Assembly (NCBI GenBank): GCA_023645945.1
Contig: JALAIB010000004.1
Location: 1 to 56,649 of the forward strand
Length of the DNA: 56,649 bases
DNA from: Diploschistes diacapsis
Lineage: Eukaryota
Reading direction: 5' to 3'
In this document: in pieces, positions 51,220 through 56,649 of the stretch
Position numbering within the stretch: the stretch's first letter is position 1
Layout: each line of letters opens with the position of its first letter
Made by a program: the position numbers and the translations under genes
The notes under the pieces: generated by a model
Told to the model about the DNA's origin: nothing
What the model saw: only the letters and a program-made list of their open reading frames with translations
The model's database searches: none

Positions 51220-52105
51220 TGCCGTACAGGCAACAAGCCGGCAAGACTGACTGTAAGGTTAACTCGTTGAGTGTAGAGGTTGGAAGAATTGGAAAACTAG
51301 CAAAGTCGTACAAACAAGCTCGAGAAAAACTTGTCACCGCCTTTTTATGCTCACGCCAGAGCTAGAACGAATGCTTCAGATCAATTACACAACGAATCCG
51401 AGATATCTCCAAACTCCGTTTCCGCCACCTTAGGCCTAAATAAGGGCTGGGAAGATGCTTCAGATCAGTCACAAAATATATCTAAAACTCTCTGGAGTGC
51501 TTCGAGTATCTCAGGTCTGTTTTATAATTGATCCGAAAGCGTCCATATAGCTCTTGTATGGGCACCAAGTGGTGGAAGAGGTGTCTGGTATGCAACTTAT
51601 TCTTGATATCGCCTGGATACCTGAAGCTCTCTGCAATGTGGGTAGGCATGATTAGTCATTAACATCACCTGCTGGCCAACTGATATTGGCGCGTACTAAT
51701 AAAAAGGTTAGTATTGCTTAGTGTGCGCAGGGCGCCTTGCACCATTATATCTGGACACTTTTCCTGTATGGCGCCACACTAGCCAGCGCTAACCTTTATT
51801 CTTGGGGGTGAGGCGTGTTTGTGGCGTCAAGAAGCAATTACGTTGTAAGAGGTTACGTCAGCCCACCCCTTCCCGTAGTTCCCCCTAGAGTGACCTTGTG
51901 GCTGATGCCGTCATTATCGTACGGGCCCCGTCAACAGGTTCTGAGAACGAAAGAACAAGGGCTTTGTCGTACCGTAAATATACTGTTCGTTTCTCTCTCT
52001 CTCTCTCTCGTAAGATCATCAACATATTTCTCACCCGTCTGTCTATCGAACATCATTTTCCGGCGTTGCTAGAGATCGCCATCATCCAGCACCGCGCCTT
52101 TAACA

Positions 52106-52132
52106 ACCCCCCCCCCCCCCCTTTTTTTTTTT
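52106..52132. repeat. Abutting poly-C and poly-T tracts; (CT)n microsatellite nearby at ~51992-52008
   Basis: Long C run immediately followed by a T run in the 5' leader of the Gly-rich gene. Confidence 0.85.
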
Positions 52133-52166
52133 CTTTATTCATCAAACAATCCCAGTCGCCAACAAC

Positions 52167-52675
52167 ATGGATTGGTCGAAGAAGAAGTACAACGAGTACT
52201 ACACGGCCTGTAAGGACCCGGCTTCTTTTTCTCTCCTGGACCACAAGCACCTTCCCCCTCCCCCTTGTTTTTTTCTCTTTTGGAGCGCCTGGTTCGGTTG
52301 TGACCGACCGACTGACCCCATAGTCCAGACATGCCGTGGATAGAGGACAAGTACCTCCAATGGTTCGGCGAGAACAAGGCGTCGTACAGCGCCAAGGAGA
52401 CGCTCAAGACCGACGTCACGGGCGACAAGAACCTCAACGCCGTGCAGGGCGGCGTGGCCGAGGGGCTGGGCGGCCAGTTCGGCAAGGGCGGTCTGCTTGG
52501 CGGCGTGGGCAATGCGGCGAGCAGCCAAGGCTTCAACAGGGCGGAGCGTGGAGATACCGGGCCCGTCGGTAAGCTGCAGGAAGGAGGGAAGAGCGCGGGC
52601 GAGCAGGCGAAAGGGCTGGGGAGTACGTTGACGGGAGGAATGCTGGGAGGTGGAGGCGGCGAGCAGAAGAAGTAA
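52167..52675 (+). CDS. Small Gly-rich fungal protein of unknown function; 2 exons
   Basis: Exon 52167-52209, intron 52210-52328, exon 2. Product: MDWSKKKYNEYYTAYMPWIEDKYLQWFGENKASYSAKETLKTDVTGDKNLNAVQGGVAEGLGGQFGKGGLLGGVG...; strongly GC3-biased codons. Confidence 0.8.
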
Positions 52676-52933
52676 GAGCACTGCTCTTCTTGGGGAAAAG
52701 TGGCTGGTACCATCTTCTAAAGAGAGGAGTGTGCTAGGGTTTGTCCTGCCAGGTCATGGTTTTATGGGATATGGTGTTCGAAATAGAACATTGGGTAGTA
52801 TTATTTTGCCATCAAGAGGGAACATGATGTCCACACAATCTTTTTGAGAGTTATGCAGTTCTTAAGCGAGATTGGTTCCACGAACACCATGACTACATTT
52901 TCGAGATTGCAGGATTGCCTCTTGTTGAGCAGC

Positions 52934-54165
52934 TTAGCGAGCGCAAATCAGGTTCTTTGAGGCCATAAAAAGCGTCGAAGAAGTCACAGGTGCTTGCGGC
53001 TTGAACAGATTAGCACGGTAGTAGGCGAAAGGGCTTTCATCATACAAGAACTCAAGGATGAGACGGTATCCACGTTGATACTCTTGGCTAACGCTCTCGT
53101 CATTCAAGTCTCCCCTAGCGCCCATCCAGCCCTGGCAAATATTTCAGTAAGGTTGCGGTGGCCGCTGGTATCAGATGCTATCTTACATGGACTTGATCCG
53201 GGAAAGTCTCGACTTCGTGGGGAACTTTCAGCTTCGACTGGAACTCCTTGACAGCATTGGCATCCTCATCTTTCGAAGGCAGCATGATATATGGAACGTT
53301 GATGGATGGAGCTTCGCCAGCATCAATCATTGCTGGATGACATGAAGCAGCTACTGAAAGAGATCCAATCATTGGAGTGCCAAAGTAATGATCTGGCCAG
53401 TCCAATCAGATATGCGAAGGAAGAAAGAATGATGGCGTAGCGCTTACCTTTCCACCCCAACAGAAGCCCACGATGCCCCATTTCTTGATCTTTCCGTCGG
53501 AGAGCTTTGTAAGCTCTTGGGCAAGAGGAGCAATCTTAGGTACAGTGTCCTGAGGCTTAGCAGGGCCACCGAAAAATGCGCCGAGCTTTCCTTTCTTTCC
53601 TTGTTGTCGGGTGGGAACCACGAATGATCGGCGTAGTTGCCTTTTAGGAGATCCGGGATAAAGACTTGGTATTTCCTCTTGTGATCGGAATGTGCGAGTA
53701 TATCAGCTCCCTAAAGAGATCGGCGTTTATGATCGGTTTCAATGTGGGTAAATCGTCTCGGAAACCTCCTCGACTCACTTGAAGCGCCTGGTTGTTGAGA
53801 CCAAAACTAGTATTGCCCTTGTGGTTAGCATGGTCTTTGGCATGTAGGGGATCTGATATATGTTACATATCCTGCATCCTCGATGTTATCTAGGTTGTTC
53901 GGTTGGATTATGCATTGGACTTACGTAGACGATGAAGAGGCCAGTCTCAGCATCAGGGGGGGCCCGTCCTATCTGTTTGGCTAGTGAGCAAAGATATAAT
54001 CGATCCAAATTCGAACTTACAGGTCTTCATTCCATTGACATCAATGTAGCTGCCCTTGGCAGAGCAATCCATAGAGACTAGAGGAATAGTACAGCATGCC
54101 TTACCATAACGTTAGCCTCACACAATGCTGATATTTGAACGGGGATCTTACTTCGACATGGCCAT
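52934..54165 (-). pseudogene. Dienelactone hydrolase family (AIM2-like) gene with multiple frame disruptions
   Basis: Exons reconstruct 'SKACCTIP..GMKTY..TGPPDAETGLFIVYDIFG..QGADILAH..WFPPD..GIVGFCWGGK..CHPAMID..PSKDED..FPDQVHGWMGARGDL', but only after correcting lesions at ~54100, ~53960, ~53595 and ~53370. Confidence 0.75.
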
Positions 54166-55233
54166 AATTTGACCAGATTTTGATAGTAAAACTGGAGAGT
54201 TTATGCGGACGAGAAGCCTTTTTATGTATGATTCAAGCGTAAAGACGAGGATCAGCATAATTCACTCGGCCTTTGAGAGTTTCTTCGACTCTTGGTGTCC
54301 CTCAAAATGCTGTCCATGGTGGGGTAATCGAGCCTGGGATTAAATACTAGGTAGGTTCATCCTTCACCATCCACATCAATTAATGGGAACGCGTTCTCGT
54401 ACCTCTGATGGCAGCGATTCTCTTCTATAATGCTTGATAACAAGGTGGGAAAGGATGTCACATAGGTAACTACTTCGAACGCCATGCATGTGCGCTTGGG
54501 CACTGCATATAGTTTGTATTTTCGGACCACTGAAACGGAACGAAACCTTAACTAAGTAAACACCCTTGCTAATACTGAAATGATCAGACTACATACTGGG
54601 TATCACTAATATCAAAGTGGAAGATAATAGCTAGCGATGCCAGTGGACAGGCCAGATAGGTACTAGGAAGTCGGCCTTTCTGCAAGTGTTGCACCACAGA
54701 ATTCTTCAGCAGCCCGTCTCTCTGATGAGACATCGTCAGTGTGATAATATAGTGCCCCCAAAGGCTTTTAAGTTATCAGACAAGTGCGCAAGCTTTTCGC
54801 AGAGCTTTAGGGGAGGACACTTTGATCCGCTACACTTCACTGTCGCGACCAGAGGGATCTGACATAACGCAAAGTCTAGCACAGCCCGGAACCAACATAC
54901 AACACGAAACTCAGCCTGTCCTTGCGACATGGCTTCAAATCTGCAATAATAGTCTTTAAAAAAGTTCAGCAGAACTCATAACTCTTGTTGGATCGTTCCT
55001 CCAAATAACTCAAGCGTGCTAAAACCCTCCGTCCCTCCCAGAGATCCGTTTGGGGACCTTTTGACACATTTCCTTTTTGAAGCGGTACTTTCCTACGTTT
55101 TCTCCATTCTTGACATTTCACAGTATATTCTAGCCGTCGCAGGTCGACGATTACTTTTCTTCACACTTGGGTTCCAAACCCCTTACCATTTCCTCCTTTC
55201 CGAGTCCCTTTATTTCTTTATCATCGATACATT

Positions 55234-56361
55234 ATGCGTGTCACCTCAGCCATGATCGCCACGGCAGTGGCAATATCGGTCACTCCGGCCGTGCTTGCTG
55301 AGTCTGTTGCTAAGTCGGGATTGGACTTCCTAAACAATCTCGACGGCAGTCAGGGTAGACCATCACGAGAACGAAATCCTGCCAACCTTCAGGCTAATGT
55401 TCAAGACCCAAACATCTACCAGGGAAACAATCAGCGAACAAATTCCAACTCAAACCCTCGCTATGGTGATTCAGCTCAACGGAATACACAATATGGAGGG
55501 CAGCAACCATTAGGTCAACAAGACCGGTTCGATCAATCTAATCAACAGGGTCAACCACCGAACCCACCAGCGAAGCAGTCAGGTGTCATGGACAAAATTA
55601 AGACGGCTGCAAAGCTGTTCTCGAACCCCAACCCCAAGCCCTCAAAACAAGGATCGAAGAGCTCCAACAAGGATAATGAAGAAGTAACTAGCACATCTAG
55701 CAAGAGCAAATCTGAGAAGTCGTCTGATAACAACCTCGATGATGACGACGCGAAGGAAGGGTCCAAAAAGCCGAAGGAAAAGAGCAGTTACCAAGATGAT
55801 TCTACCACCAAAAGCTCCGCTACTGACCCCAAAGTCAATATTATGCACGCTTTCTCGGACATCATCCACAACTTCAAGGACCAAGACACCCTCAAGCAAG
55901 GGGTTAAGGATATTTTCAACAGCCGATCGAGGCAAGATGACAAGAAGAGCGACCATTACAAGCAAAAGTACACGATGGTCAAGATGAGGTCTGATAAAGG
56001 GAAGAAGAACGAAATGGGGAAGCGTGATGCGGAAGCGGATGAAGACTTATATACCTTTGACAGCCGTGATATGCCTATGGGTGCGATGCCGAATCTGCAT
56101 GTCCGGTTCGCTAGCGCAGCTCCATATCCAGAAGCCTACGCGCATGCCGAACCAGCCGCTGAAGCTGACGCTTACCCCTTTGCTGACCCAGATGCGGAGG
56201 CTTACCCCTCCTCATATGCATACGCATACGCAGCCGATCCAATGACCAGAAAAATCGCCAGGAGAGCAATTCTAAGACGTGCGTTGTCGTTGAAGCAAGA
56301 GCTGCAAAGGCGGAAAGATGACGAAGACGAGGATGAAGGAGAGGAGGAAAATGGGGAGTAA
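55234..56361 (+). CDS. Secreted low-complexity precursor with Kex2 site and X-Ala/X-Pro dipeptide run; probably extends further via frameshifts
   Basis: Signal peptide 'MRVTSAMIATAVAISVTPAVLA'; Q/N-rich then K/S/D-rich region; 'KR|DAEADEDLY'; 'APYPEAYAHAEPAAEADAYPFADPDAEAYP..YAYAYAADP'. Confidence 0.8.
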   Translation: MRVTSAMIATAVAISVTPAVLAESVAKSGLDFLNNLDGSQGRPSRERNPANLQANVQDPNIYQGNNQRTNSNSNPRYGDSAQRNTQYGGQQPLGQQDRFDQSNQQGQPPNPPAKQSGVMDKIKTAAKLFSNPNPKPSKQGSKSSNKDNEEVTSTSSKSKSEKSSDNNLDDDDAKEGSKKPKEKSSYQDDSTTKSSATDPKVNIMHAFSDIIHNFKDQDTLKQGVKDIFNSRSRQDDKKSDHYKQKYTMVKMRSDKGKKNEMGKRDAEADEDLYTFDSRDMPMGAMPNLHVRFASAAPYPEAYAHAEPAAEADAYPFADPDAEAYPSSYAYAYAADPMTRKIARRAILRRALSLKQELQRRKDDEDEDEGEEENGE

Positions 56362-56619
56362 GAAAGGCAGGAAGAACACAAGGAAGGGCGAGAAAAGTGA
56401 TGATGAGGACAAAGATGAAGAAGAGGACGATGAAAAACCAAAGAAGAAAGAGTAGGGGTAAGGGGAAGAGCATGAAGAAGGCGGATGACGGTGAGAATGA
56501 TGAAGAAGAGGACAGAAAGTCTAAGAGCGCAGCGAAGAAGATTAAAAAGAAGCAAAAGCACGACGGTGACGAAGCTGACGAGGCAGGGAATGGCAGAAAG
56601 AAGTCGAAAGAAAAGCTGG

Positions 56620-56649
56620 AGGAGGAGGAGGAGGAGGAGGAGGAGGAGG
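56620..56649 (+). repeat. (GAG)n microsatellite at window end (poly-Glu if translated)
   Basis: Perfect gag repeats to the end of the window. Confidence 0.9.

Noticed and set aside
55234..56361. Alpha-factor pheromone precursor
   Set aside because: Has a signal peptide, KR and X-A/X-P dipeptides, but no repeated mature peptide units (no WC..GQPCW-like repeats).
1268..56561. Numerous 60-190 aa ORFs overlapping or antisense to the called genes (e.g. 39245-39829, 40096-40665, 52135-52713, 56111-56473)
   Set aside because: Shadow ORFs of real coding sequence or of low-complexity DNA, with no recognisable domains.
1..56649. CRISPR array or prokaryotic defence system
   Set aside because: Eukaryotic spliced genes throughout; no regularly spaced repeats and no cas-like ORFs.

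Overview
Gene-dense, intron-containing nuclear DNA from a filamentous ascomycete (Pezizomycotina-type genes, ~45-65 nt GT-AG introns with CTRAY branch sites). The left end is an AT/TpA-rich, RIP-like repeat relic carrying a CCA-terminated tRNA 3' half. It is followed by housekeeping genes, many head-to-head: RRP5, CDT2, eIF4B, a Tim17/22-like membrane protein, a UBC6/UBE2J-type E2, the TFIIIC B-block subunit, a UPF0653-like protein, POL3, a 56-aa Cys-rich microprotein, a Zn2Cys6 factor, phospholipase D, YBP1-like, aprataxin HNT3, a DEAH helicase, PrpD, a Gly-rich protein, a disrupted dienelactone hydrolase and a secreted Kex2/Ste13-type precursor. The best finding is a 48-codon ORF missed by the ORF track (37608-37754, +). 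It ends in the CaaX motif CVVM, has a 5'-UTR intron and has HMG-box-like sites upstream, so it is a strong candidate a-factor-class lipopeptide mating pheromone precursor. All calls come from reading the sequence; no database searches were run.
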